Under the pieces are notes generated by a model. That model did not search any database, was not told the DNA's origin, and worked only from the letters and a program-made list of their open reading frames with translations. Shown piece after piece: positions 9,798 to 19,287 of a stretch of DNA of 45,959 bases. Source of the stretch: Gemmatimonadota bacterium (GTDB lineage Bacteria > Gemmatimonadota > Gemmatimonadetes > Palauibacterales > Palauibacteraceae); contig JBDHAC010000045.1 in assembly GCA_039588275.1 (NCBI GenBank), positions 1-45,959 of the forward strand, given 5' to 3'. A program made the position numbers and the translations under genes. Positions within the stretch are counted from its first letter, which is position 1, and every line of letters begins with the position of its first letter.

Positions 9798-10844
9798 ATG
9801 CGTAGAGCAGGCGCACAAAGACCCGATCGCAAGCGGAAACAGCCGCGTTTTGCCCGTGGGGGCCGGGGCCGTGCGCTCCTGCCGTTGCTTGTCCTGGGCG
9901 GTGCCGCGTGCGGCGATCGCGCGGACGAATCCGAGCGTGCGGAGCTCGAGGCGCGCTATGGGCCGCGCGTCGCCGCGTCCGACACCGTTGCCGATACGTC
10001 GGCCTCTGCCGGCGACTCGGATACCGCGAGACCCGGGAGCGGGCCACGTGCGCCGCTGAGCTCTTCCGCCGGTGGCGGGCCCGACGAGCGACCAGTCTCG
10101 CCCATGACGGAGCGCGAGCCCACTACTCCCGCAGGGCGGAGCCCCGAGGATGACACGCCGATGGCCGCGGCCCCGCCCGCTCCGACACCGCCGTCGGACA
10201 CCGTGCGGGCCGACCCCCCCTCGACACCGACCGGAGCGGGAGCGCAGGAGCTCGATGTAGCGGAGCTCCTCGAGGGAGCCGAGGATGCGTACGGGTCGCT
10301 GGCGTCGCTTCGTGCCTCCTTCGTCCAGGTGATGGAGGTTCCGCTGCTCGAGCGGACCAGCAGCGGAACCGGGACCTGGTACCAGAAGGGTCGGAACCGC
10401 TTCAGGATGGATTTCGACGACCCACCGGACGACGAGATCGTCGCGGATGGTACCTACCTATGGCTCTACCACCCGAGCCAGAACCCGCACCAGGTGATCC
10501 GCTCCGAGCTGGACGCAGGCGAGGCAGATTCGGGCACGGCGGATCTTCTCGCTCGCATCCTGAGCGAGGCGCGGACGGCCTACGAAGCGCGCTACGACGG
10601 ACGTGAGCCGCTCGATGGAGTCGCGATGCACGTCGTGACGCTGACGCCGATCGGCCGATCACCGTATCGCTCCGTGCGCATCTGGGTCGGAACCCGGGAC
10701 CAGCTCGTGCACCGATTTCAGATCGTCGAGGTGAACGAGAGCATTCGGACCGTGACTCTTTCGGATCTGGAGCCGAACGCCGCACTCGCCGATTCGCTCT
10801 TCCGGTTCACGGTTCCACCCGGCGCCGACGTCTTCTCCGGCTGA
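9798..10844 (+). CDS. lolA: Outer-membrane lipoprotein carrier LolA family protein with long N-terminal extension
   Basis: C-terminal LolA-like domain (SLRASFVQ, GTWYQKGRNRFRMDF, IVADGTYLWLY, FRFTVPPGADV), directly after ftsK as is typical. Start uncertain (9741 GTG or 9798 ATG). Confidence 0.82.
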   Translation: MRRAGAQRPDRKRKQPRFARGGRGRALLPLLVLGGAACGDRADESERAELEARYGPRVAASDTVADTSASAGDSDTARPGSGPRAPLSSSAGGGPDERPVSPMTEREPTTPAGRSPEDDTPMAAAPPAPTPPSDTVRADPPSTPTGAGAQELDVAELLEGAEDAYGSLASLRASFVQVMEVPLLERTSSGTGTWYQKGRNRFRMDFDDPPDDEIVADGTYLWLYHPSQNPHQVIRSELDAGEADSGTADLLARILSEARTAYEARYDGREPLDGVAMHVVTLTPIGRSPYRSVRIWVGTRDQLVHRFQIVEVNESIRTVTLSDLEPNAALADSLFRFTVPPGADVFSG

Positions 10845-10847
10845 CGC

Positions 10848-12251
10848 ATGCGTCTCGGCCTCGTCAGCCTCGGCTGCGACAAGAACACGGTCGACTCCGA
10901 GCGAATGCTCGGGTACCTGGTCGGGCACGGCGCCCGACCGGTGGAGGACCTGCGAGACGCCGAGGTGATCCTGGTCAACACGTGCGGGTTCATCGATGCG
11001 GCGAAAGAAGAGTCGATCGAGACCCTGCTCGAGGCGGCTCGCCTGAAACAGGATGGCGAGTGCAGGAGCGTGGTCGCCGTCGGGTGTCTGGTTGAACGGT
11101 ACCGGGCGGAGCTGGAGGAAGCCCTTCCCGAGGTGGATCTGTTCCTGGGTCTGCGGGACATCGAGAGACTGGCCCCCGAGCTCCAGGCTCGCGGACTCCT
11201 GAGCGGGCCGCCCGCGAAACACCCTGGAGAGCGCCTGGCGCTGGGCTCCAGACACGTCAGCTATCTCAAGGTCAGCGAGGGCTGCGATCATGGCTGCGCG
11301 TTTTGCGCGATCCCGCTGTGGAGGGGGCGCCATCGCTCCTTCGGGATCGAGCAGCTCGTAGCTGAGGCACAGCGGCTAGAGATCCAGGGCGCCGTGGAGC
11401 TGAACCTGGTCGCGCAGGACCTCGCGCACTTCGGTCGTGACCGGCGCGACGGCTCGGACATCACGGCGCTCGTTCGAGCCCTCCTCGCGGAGACGGACAT
11501 CCCGTGGTTCCGGCTCCTCTACATCTACTCGGCGGGACTGCGCGAGCCGCTCGCCGAGCTCATGGCCACGGAGTCGCGCCTGCTACCGTACATTGACATG
11601 CCCATACAGCATGCAAGCGACCCCGTCTTGGTACGAATGCGGCGCCCGGAGCGCCGAGCGGCACTTCGAGCCAAGATCGCCTGGCTGCGCGATTCCGTCC
11701 CGCACCTGACGCTGCGGACTACCGTGATGGTCGGGTTTCCGGGTGAATCGGAGGAGGACTTCCACGATCTGCTCGACTTCCTGGATGAGGTCCGCTTCGA
11801 CCGCTTGGGAGCGTTCGCGTTCTCCCCGCAGGAGGGCACCCGAGCGGCAGATCTGGGACACCTGTATGTGGACGAAGATGTGGCTCAGGAACGCCTCGCA
11901 GAGCTTCTCGAGATCCAGCGCGCGATCAGCGCCGAGCGCCTGACCATCGCTGTCGGGCGGCTCGAGACGGCCATCGTCGACCAGCCGCAGGGCCGGGCCG
12001 GGGATTCGGACGGGCGATTCCGAGCGCTGGGGCGTCTGGCCTCGCAAGCCGATGACGTGGACGGCGTGACGGAGCTGTTCAGCCAGGCGCCGCTGGCGAC
12101 CGGGACGCTGGTCGAGGCGGAGATCGTGAGCAGCGATGACTTCGATGTGCGGGCCGACGTGCTCCGCGTGGTGCGCGAGCCGAGCGTTCCCGCGCGCCCG
12201 CGCGAGTTGCCGGTGGTGGCTCTCGGTCTCGAGACGGCGTGGGGGCGTTGA
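10848..12251 (+). CDS. rimO: Ribosomal protein S12 methylthiotransferase
   Basis: SLGCDKNTVDSE, VNTCGFIDAAKEESI, radical-SAM motif CDHGCAFC in YLKVSEGC..CAIP, YIDMPIQH, C-terminal TRAM-like region. Confidence 0.95.
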   Translation: MRLGLVSLGCDKNTVDSERMLGYLVGHGARPVEDLRDAEVILVNTCGFIDAAKEESIETLLEAARLKQDGECRSVVAVGCLVERYRAELEEALPEVDLFLGLRDIERLAPELQARGLLSGPPAKHPGERLALGSRHVSYLKVSEGCDHGCAFCAIPLWRGRHRSFGIEQLVAEAQRLEIQGAVELNLVAQDLAHFGRDRRDGSDITALVRALLAETDIPWFRLLYIYSAGLREPLAELMATESRLLPYIDMPIQHASDPVLVRMRRPERRAALRAKIAWLRDSVPHLTLRTTVMVGFPGESEEDFHDLLDFLDEVRFDRLGAFAFSPQEGTRAADLGHLYVDEDVAQERLAELLEIQRAISAERLTIAVGRLETAIVDQPQGRAGDSDGRFRALGRLASQADDVDGVTELFSQAPLATGTLVEAEIVSSDDFDVRADVLRVVREPSVPARPRELPVVALGLETAWGR

Positions 12252-13966
12252 GCGAGCCCGGCCCTCGCCAGGAGCGGACCCGCACCGCGGTGGCTCGGTT
12301 GACCGGTTGGCTGCCGGAGCACGCGGGGCTGCTGCTGGCGTCGGGGGTCCTGCTCGGACTGGCGCACCCTCCGTTCCATCTTCTCGTGCCTTCGTTCGTG
12401 GCGCTCGTCCCCTTTCTGGTATGGCTCGAGAGGCTGCCTCCCGGGCCCGAGGGCCGACGTGAAGCGCGGCGAGGTGGGTTCTTCCTGGGGCTCGTCTATT
12501 ACACGCTCGTCTTCTACTGGCTGCTCGTCGCGCTCGTCTTCTACACCGCGTGGGCGGTCCCCGCCTTTCTCGCGCCCGTGCTGATCCTGTCGGGCTTTCT
12601 GTCGTGGATATCCGGGGCGATCCGATCCGTACGTGAACGCCTGGGGTGGTCCATCTGGGCGGCGATACCCGTCTTCTGGACCGCGAACGAATGGCTGCGC
12701 GCCCACCTGCTCGATGTGTCGTTCCCGTGGATGCAGCTGGGGGACACGCTCACCGGATACCCATGGCTGATCGGGGCCGCGGACGTCGTCGGATCTCGCG
12801 GGTTGAGCTTCTGGTTGGCGCTGGTCAACGGCCTGATCGCGGCGCTGTGGATGGCGCGCCGCGGCGGTGATCGGACGGATGCGAGCGCGGAGGCTCCGAA
12901 AGCGAACGCGCGGATGCGACTCGCCGTGGGGCTCGCGATCGTCCTGGCGGTTCCGGTGGGGTACTCGCTGGCCCGCTGGCGGACGCTCGAGCTCCGCCCC
13001 GCGGCCAGGGTGGGCGTGGTGCAACCCAACGTGCCCGAGGACCTGAAGCTCCAGCGGACCCTGGCGATCGATGCCGCGCAACGAGCCACCACGACCCTTG
13101 TCCGAACGTGGCGCGGAGGCGAAGGAGAGCTCGACCTCCTGATCCTCCCCGAATCGACCTTCCCCGCCTACGTGGACCCGATCCAGGCGATAAGCTGGCC
13201 CGGAAGACCGGACCTGGAGGCCTGGGTCGCGAGTCTGGCGACCCACGTAGAGGCTCCGGTCCTCTATGGAGCGCTCGGGGGAGCCGACTACCCCGGCGCT
13301 GAGTGGGCGTACTTCAACTCCGCGTTCCTGGTGGACGAGACGGGCGAGCGGATCGGGCGCTACGACAAGCGCTTCCTCGTGCCGATCGTGGAGCGCGTCC
13401 CGTTCTTCAACCCGAGGTGGTTCTCGGGGCTCACGTACTTTGGCGGCTTCGGGGTTGGGGAATGGAGCCCGCCCTATACGATCCCCGGGGGCGCCACCAG
13501 CGCCGGGCGGCGCGTTAGCGGCACGGATCCCGCCACGTTCGGCGTAATGATCTGCTACGAGTCGATCTTCTCACCCTTAGCGCTCCACTATCGCAGGGCA
13601 GGGGCGGATTTCTTCGTCAACATCACCAACGATGCGTGGTTCGGGCGGGAGACATGGTGGAGCCGCAGCAGCGCCCTGTGGCAACACCCGGCGCACCTCG
13701 TGATGCGGGCCATCGAGACGCGGGCCGGGATCGCGCGGTCCGCGAACACGGGTATCTCGGAGCTGGTCGACCCGCTCGGTCGGACCGCGCACGAGACTCG
13801 GCTGTTCGAGCCGGCGGCCTTCGCGGGGCAAGTGATGACCACGGATAGCCTTACCGTGTATGTTCGTTTTGGCGATGTAGTCGGGTGGGGAGCGGTGCTC
13901 CTCGCGATCACCGGGCTGATTCAGTCGATATGGAAGGCGCGCACGGCAAAGCGCGGGACGGCATGA
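12248..13966 (+). CDS. lnt: Apolipoprotein N-acyltransferase
   Basis: Multi-TM N-terminus, FPWMQLG, VVQPNV, catalytic E (LPES), K (YDKRFLVP), C (ICYESIF), NITNDAWFG, RAIE..RSANTGIS. TTG 12248 overlaps the rimO stop. Confidence 0.95.
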   Translation: MSEPGPRQERTRTAVARLTGWLPEHAGLLLASGVLLGLAHPPFHLLVPSFVALVPFLVWLERLPPGPEGRREARRGGFFLGLVYYTLVFYWLLVALVFYTAWAVPAFLAPVLILSGFLSWISGAIRSVRERLGWSIWAAIPVFWTANEWLRAHLLDVSFPWMQLGDTLTGYPWLIGAADVVGSRGLSFWLALVNGLIAALWMARRGGDRTDASAEAPKANARMRLAVGLAIVLAVPVGYSLARWRTLELRPAARVGVVQPNVPEDLKLQRTLAIDAAQRATTTLVRTWRGGEGELDLLILPESTFPAYVDPIQAISWPGRPDLEAWVASLATHVEAPVLYGALGGADYPGAEWAYFNSAFLVDETGERIGRYDKRFLVPIVERVPFFNPRWFSGLTYFGGFGVGEWSPPYTIPGGATSAGRRVSGTDPATFGVMICYESIFSPLALHYRRAGADFFVNITNDAWFGRETWWSRSSALWQHPAHLVMRAIETRAGIARSANTGISELVDPLGRTAHETRLFEPAAFAGQVMTTDSLTVYVRFGDVVGWGAVLLAITGLIQSIWKARTAKRGTA

Positions 13967-16074
13967 CGCCGCCGCCGACACCGGTTCGAGCTCGATGGCG
14001 TGCGCGAGGCCTCATCTTCGTGGCTTCGGCGGCGGTGTGCGTCTTCAGCACGATGCCGCCGCCGGTCGTTGCGCAGGCTCGCCCCGACTCGACCCGGGCC
14101 GGCCCGACCGCGACCGACACCACGGTCGTGGAGCTGGAGGCGATCAGCGTACGAGCCATGAGGGCGCTCGCGACGTCCGCGGGTGCGAGCGCCGTGCGCC
14201 TGTCGCTCTCTTCCCCCAGCCTCGTCCCGGTCCCGATCCTCGAGGACGCGCTCCGATCGATGCCCTTCGTCCAGGTGCGGGAGAACTCCCGAGGAGAGGC
14301 GCAGCTCACGCTGCGGGGGACCGAGTCGCGACAGGTAGCGGTTCTGGTCGACGGCGTGCCGCTCACGCTGGGTTGGGATGCCCGGACGGATCTCTCCGTA
14401 ATCCCGGTCGCGGCAGCGCGGCAGGTACAGCTTTTCCGGGGCGTGTCCTCGGTGCTGCACGGCCCCAACGTCCTGGGTGGCGTTGTCGAGGTGGACATCT
14501 CCAGAGGCGACATGGCGCCAGATCCTCCGGAGAGCGCCTTTGACGGTGGGATAGACGACACCGGCGCGGCCATCGCCGGGCTCCGATTCGGTCGGCAGTT
14601 CGCGTTCGGCGACCGCACCCTGTGGGTGCAAGCGGGTGCCGGCATACGCTCGAGATCGAGCGTGCCCCTCGCCTCGGGCGTCGAGCAACCGGTCACGCCC
14701 GAGGATGGCCGCCGCCTGAACAGCGACCTCGATCATCTCAGCGGCTTCTTCGCGGCGCGCTACGGCGCGCCTCTGGGCGCCTGGCTCTCGCTCTCCAGCT
14801 TCGCGTTTCGAGCCGAGAAGGGAGTGCCTCCGGAGCTCCACATCAGCAACCCACGGCTGTGGCGCATCCCCGAAACGGCGCGGGTGGTGACCGCGCTGTC
14901 GGCCGGTACGGGGTGGAAGGAAACTCCGCTCGGAGAAGGAGACCTGGAGGCCAGCGTCGGTCTCGACTTCGGAGATGCGCAGATCGACCAGTACGAGACG
15001 CTGGCCTACCAGACGATCGAGGAACGCGAGTTCGCCGACGACCGTACGCTCACGGCGCGCCTCCTGGGCGACCACACGCTGGGGGCCGGAACGATCAGCT
15101 CGGCCTTCACTTGGGCGGAGACGCGACATGTCGAGCGGCTCGACCCGGGCGACACCTCCCGCTTCCGGCAGCGCCTGTACAGCCTAGGGCTCGAGATCGA
15201 GCAGCCTCTGTTCGCGAGGCCGGGTTCCGAGGGCCTGTTCACCGATGTTCGGCTGACCGCCGGCGGTTCGTTGGATCGCGCCAGCACCCCCGAGACCGGG
15301 GGACGCGAACCCCGTGGCCCGATCACGGAGTGGGGTGCGCGCGTGGGTGCGTCGGCACAGTTCGGGGGTGGGGACGGACGCCTTCACTTCGGCATGAGCC
15401 GTCGCGTCCGATTCCCGTCGCTTCGCGAGCTGTATTCGGGCGGGCTCGGCCGTTTCGTGCCAAACCCAGATCTTCAGCCCGAGAGGCTGCGTGTAATCGA
15501 AGGGGGGGTCACGGGTCAAGCTCGCGCCCTCGCGGGCGTGGTCGAGGGGCAAGTCGTCTTCTTCCAGCAACGCTTCTCCGACGCCATCGTTCGGATGGGG
15601 CTGGGGGATGGCCGCTTCATGCGCGAGAACCGCAATCGTGTGACGGCGGCGGGAATGGAGTTGCTGGCTTCCGTGCGCTGGAACCGCATCGAGCTGGGGG
15701 GTGATCTGACGTGGCAGAACGTGACGCTGACGGATCAGACGGCCCCATCGACACAACAGCAGGCCGAATACCAGCCGGAGATCGCAGGCGGGGTCGACAT
15801 CACGAGTCGATTCCCTGCCGGCTTCACAGCGGGCCTCGAGCTGGATGTGGTCGGTAGACAGTATTGCGTGGACCCGGAATCGGGCTCGGACCTGGCGCTC
15901 GACGCCACGGCCCGGCTGGATGTCGTCGCCACCCGCGAGTGGACGCTCGGTGGCCCGCTCCGCAGGCTGCGGACGACGGTGGCACTCGACAACGTCACCG
16001 ACCAGGCGGTGTTCGACCAATGTGGCCTTCCACAGCCGGGGCGCCTCCTCCGCTTCCAGGTCCAAATCAGGTAG
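13963..16074 (+). CDS. TonB-dependent receptor, substrate unknown
   Basis: Signal peptide, TonB-box-like LEAISVRA, plug motifs (LTLRG, VLVDGVP, SVLHGPNVLGGVV), RFPSLRELY, NPDLQPE, DNVTDQ. ATGA overlap with lnt. Confidence 0.9.
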   Translation: MTPPPTPVRARWRARGLIFVASAAVCVFSTMPPPVVAQARPDSTRAGPTATDTTVVELEAISVRAMRALATSAGASAVRLSLSSPSLVPVPILEDALRSMPFVQVRENSRGEAQLTLRGTESRQVAVLVDGVPLTLGWDARTDLSVIPVAAARQVQLFRGVSSVLHGPNVLGGVVEVDISRGDMAPDPPESAFDGGIDDTGAAIAGLRFGRQFAFGDRTLWVQAGAGIRSRSSVPLASGVEQPVTPEDGRRLNSDLDHLSGFFAARYGAPLGAWLSLSSFAFRAEKGVPPELHISNPRLWRIPETARVVTALSAGTGWKETPLGEGDLEASVGLDFGDAQIDQYETLAYQTIEEREFADDRTLTARLLGDHTLGAGTISSAFTWAETRHVERLDPGDTSRFRQRLYSLGLEIEQPLFARPGSEGLFTDVRLTAGGSLDRASTPETGGREPRGPITEWGARVGASAQFGGGDGRLHFGMSRRVRFPSLRELYSGGLGRFVPNPDLQPERLRVIEGGVTGQARALAGVVEGQVVFFQQRFSDAIVRMGLGDGRFMRENRNRVTAAGMELLASVRWNRIELGGDLTWQNVTLTDQTAPSTQQQAEYQPEIAGGVDITSRFPAGFTAGLELDVVGRQYCVDPESGSDLALDATARLDVVATREWTLGGPLRRLRTTVALDNVTDQAVFDQCGLPQPGRLLRFQVQIR

Positions 16075-16090
16075 GGCACGGATCCACACG

Positions 16091-17491
16091 TTGAGACGCG
16101 AGGGGGAGTTCCTGGCGAGCCTGACGGCTCCCGCGGGCGCCGTATCTCCGGACGCCCTGCTCCGTGCGACGGAGAGACTGGGGATCGTCGGAAGAGGGTT
16201 CTGGCAGGACGGCGGCCGTTGGCTGGCGCACGCCGGGGCGGTTTTCGAGATCGACAGCCGGGCTCCGGGCGCTGCCACGAATCGATTCGCCGCCGTGCGC
16301 GAGGAGGCAGCGGCGATCGGACGACTCCCGTGGTTGCGAGCGGGCGAGGCCGTGGGGTACGGCCCTCGCTTTCACGGAGGCTTCGCATTTCGCGCCGATC
16401 ATCCGCCGGCGTGGGCGGACGGGGAAGAGGCCGGTTTCTGGGAGTCGTTTCCGGCCGCGCGCTTCGTGTTGCCGCACATCGAAGTCGAAGCGGGCGATGG
16501 GGGTACCGTCATCACGCTCACGGAGAGGTTCCCCGCGACGACTTCCGAGGACGAAGCGGTAGCCCGACTCGAGGGCCGACTCGAGGAGATCAATCTCGAG
16601 CTCGCGGACCCCTTCCCCGAGCTCGGGCCCCCGCCGAGCAGCGCCCTCCCATCGGCCGCCGGGATCGAGGAACCTCTCGACGCCGGCGCGTGGCGCTCCG
16701 GTATCGGCCGGATCCTGGCCGACATCGAACGACGGGAAGTGCAGAAGGTCGTCCTCGCCCGGCCCCTGGATGTGAGCCTGTCAGAGATCCCGGATCCGAT
16801 CTCGATCCTGCATCGGTTGAGGGCCGCGAATCCGCTCTCACATGCGTTCCTGATGCAGTTTGAAGCCGATCATTTCTTGCTCGGCGCGGCGCCGGAGCTG
16901 CTGGGGTCGCTCGTCGGCGGGGCGTTTCGGACCATGGCGGTGGCGGGCTCAATCCCGCGCGGTTCGGATCCGGAATCGGATGAATGGCTGGGCAGGCAGC
17001 TATTGAGCAGCCGGAAGAACCTGGCCGAGCATCAGATCGTCGTGGACGACATCGTGGAGCGACTGCTCCGGTTCATCCCCGAGCCACGTCGGGCGTCGGA
17101 GCCGGCGTTGCTCAAGCTCTCGGGCATCCAGCACCTCCGCGTCACGCTCGAGGGCGAGGTGCCCGCCGGCACGCACATTCTGGAGCTGATCGAGGCGCTC
17201 CACCCGACGGCCGCCGTGTGCGGGTACCCGCGAGAGACGGCGCTCGAGATATTGACCGAGGAGGAACGCGTCGGACGGGGCTGGTACGCGGGTCCGGTCG
17301 GTTGGTTCGATGCCCACGGGGAAGGGGAATTCGCGCCGGCTCTCCGCTCGGCCGTGGCTTGCGGCCCGCTGCTCAGGCTGTATGCGGGGGCAGGGATCGT
17401 GGACGGCTCGCGTGCGGGTGCCGAGTGGGACGAGACGCGCGTCAAGCTCCAAACCGTCCTGCGGGCGCTCGGCATCGCGCGGGTTCCATGA
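16091..17491 (+). CDS. menF: Isochorismate synthase (menaquinone-associated)
   Basis: QKVVLAR, GAAPELL, AVAGS, KNLAEH, LHPTAAVCGYP, RGWYAGPVGW, LYAGAGIV, ETRVK; adjacent to men genes. Start at TTG 16091 is uncertain. Confidence 0.88.
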   Translation: MRREGEFLASLTAPAGAVSPDALLRATERLGIVGRGFWQDGGRWLAHAGAVFEIDSRAPGAATNRFAAVREEAAAIGRLPWLRAGEAVGYGPRFHGGFAFRADHPPAWADGEEAGFWESFPAARFVLPHIEVEAGDGGTVITLTERFPATTSEDEAVARLEGRLEEINLELADPFPELGPPPSSALPSAAGIEEPLDAGAWRSGIGRILADIERREVQKVVLARPLDVSLSEIPDPISILHRLRAANPLSHAFLMQFEADHFLLGAAPELLGSLVGGAFRTMAVAGSIPRGSDPESDEWLGRQLLSSRKNLAEHQIVVDDIVERLLRFIPEPRRASEPALLKLSGIQHLRVTLEGEVPAGTHILELIEALHPTAAVCGYPRETALEILTEEERVGRGWYAGPVGWFDAHGEGEFAPALRSAVACGPLLRLYAGAGIVDGSRAGAEWDETRVKLQTVLRALGIARVP

Positions 17492-17531
17492 AGCTCGCTC
17501 AGCCGGGTCCGGATTGGCCCAGGAGGACCGC

Positions 17532-18155
17532 GTGACGCACGCGAACCGCAACATGCTCTGGGCACAGGCCCTGGTCGACGAGCTCGGCCGCCAGGGGGTC
17601 ACACACGTGTGTGTCGCCTCGGGGTCGAGATCCGCGCCCCTGGCCTTCGCGTTCGCCGGTGATGAGCGCTTCACGGTGCACTCACTCCTGGACGAGCGTT
17701 CCGCCGGGTTCTTCGCGCTCGGCATAGGTCGCGCCTCGGCCCGTCCCGCCGCCGTTCTCACCACGTCGGGGACCGCGGCCGCCAACCTCCTGCCGGCTGC
17801 CATCGAAGCCAGCCTCGGCGAGTCGCCGCTACTGCTCATCACGGCCGATCGACCGGCGCACCTGCGCGGTCTCGACGCGAACCAGACCATCGACCAGGTG
17901 AAGCTCTTCGGGCCGTACGTTCGGCTGTTTAGCGATACGCCTCTCCCGCGGGCCGAGGACACCGCGTTGCGCCATTTACGCGCCCTGGCGGCGAGGGCGG
18001 TCGCCGCATCGACAGGCCATCCCAAAGGGCCCGTGCACCTGAACGTTCAGTTCGAGAAGCCCCTGGAGCCCACACCGGTGGCAGGCGATGTGCCGGCGTC
18101 GTTGGCTACACCAGGCGCCGCCGGCGGCCGAACCGCTCGCGAACCTGCTCCGTGA
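17532..18155 (+). CDS. menD: MenD (SEPHCHC synthase), N-terminal part of a frame-split gene
   Basis: AGGAGG RBS then GTG 17532; GSRSAPL, DERSAGFFALG, TSGTAAANLLPA, ITADRP, ANQTIDQ, GPVHLN..KPLEP; stops at 18155. Confidence 0.9.
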   Translation: MTHANRNMLWAQALVDELGRQGVTHVCVASGSRSAPLAFAFAGDERFTVHSLLDERSAGFFALGIGRASARPAAVLTTSGTAAANLLPAAIEASLGESPLLLITADRPAHLRGLDANQTIDQVKLFGPYVRLFSDTPLPRAEDTALRHLRALAARAVAASTGHPKGPVHLNVQFEKPLEPTPVAGDVPASLATPGAAGGRTAREPAP

Positions 18156-19245
18156 ACGTCTGAGTGCGGCCAGGAAGGGGCTCATCATCTGTGGACCCAC
18201 GCACGGCCCCGACGCAGGGCATGCCGTCCTGCGCTTGGCCTCCGCGACGGGGTTCCCGGTGCTCGCGGATCCGCTCTCGGGCGCACGCTTCGCACGCGGG
18301 GCGACGGCGCACGCGATTGCCGGGTACGATCTCTTCCTGGCCTCTGCCCGGGCACGAGAGGCGCTGACCCCCGATGTGGTGCTGCGCATCGGCTCCGCGC
18401 CCACGTCGGCCGCGACGGCGCGCTTCCTCGATGGGTGCACCGACGCCGTTCAAGTCGTCGTCGATGCCGGCGGTCGCTGGAAGGATCACCTCGCGAGGGC
18501 TCACGACTACCTGCGAGCCGACGCCGCGTCGATATGCAAGACGGCCGCAAAGGGGCTGCAGCCAGCGGGCGACCCCGAGTGGATGACGCGTTGGCGCACC
18601 GCCGAGCGGCTCACGCAGGGCGTCGTGGCCGACGCGCTCGGCGGTGACCTGTTCGAGGGTGCCGCCGCAGCCTCCATCGCGGAGTGTCTTCCGGCGGGGA
18701 GCACCTGGTTCGTGGGCAACAGCATGCCCATCCGAGACGTCGATGCGTTCGCGCGCCCGCGCGATGAGCGCCTACACCTGCTGGGTCATCGGGGGGCCAG
18801 CGGCATCGACGGCAATGTGAGCAGTGCGCTGGGCGCCAGCGCTGTGAGCGCTGGCGCTACACTGGCGTTACTCGGTGATCTGACGCTCTTGCACGATCAG
18901 AACGGATTGCTGGCGGCCCGTCGGGAGCGCCTTCCCGTCGTGTTCGTGATCATCCAGAACGATGGCGGTGGAATCTTCCACCTGCTTCCGATTCGGGACT
19001 ACGATCCTCCGTTCACGGAGCACATCGTGATGCCGCAGGGGCTCGACCTGGCGAGGGTTGCGAAGGTGTACGAGCTCCCCCACCGTCGGGTCGGCTCCAC
19101 CGAGGAGTTGAGCGCTGCCGTTGGAGAAGGGCTCGCGAGCGGAGGCCCTGGTATCATCGAGGTGCCGATCGAGCGGCGGCGGAATTGGCAGATCCGAAAC
19201 GACGTGTGGAGCGAGGTTCGGCGCGCTATCGAGAGGGGTCTGTAG
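18088..19245 (+). CDS. menD: MenD middle and C-terminal ThDP-binding domains, in the +1 frame relative to the N-terminal part
   Basis: GLIICGP, PVLADPLS, VGNSMPIRD, HRGASGIDG, GDLTLLHD..QNDGGGIF (ThDP/Mg motif). Confidence 0.88.
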   Translation: MCRRRWLHQAPPAAEPLANLLRERLSAARKGLIICGPTHGPDAGHAVLRLASATGFPVLADPLSGARFARGATAHAIAGYDLFLASARAREALTPDVVLRIGSAPTSAATARFLDGCTDAVQVVVDAGGRWKDHLARAHDYLRADAASICKTAAKGLQPAGDPEWMTRWRTAERLTQGVVADALGGDLFEGAAAASIAECLPAGSTWFVGNSMPIRDVDAFARPRDERLHLLGHRGASGIDGNVSSALGASAVSAGATLALLGDLTLLHDQNGLLAARRERLPVVFVIIQNDGGGIFHLLPIRDYDPPFTEHIVMPQGLDLARVAKVYELPHRRVGSTEELSAAVGEGLASGGPGIIEVPIERRRNWQIRNDVWSEVRRAIERGL

Positions 19246-19287
19246 GCAGGTCACGACGACCTGTTCGAAGAGGAGGATGCGACGAGT

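Noticed and set aside
13963..17491. Siderophore locus (TonB receptor plus isochorismate synthase)
   Set aside because: No entA/entB/entE, NRPS or Fur box; the synthase is followed by menD/B/A/E, so it is best read as menF.
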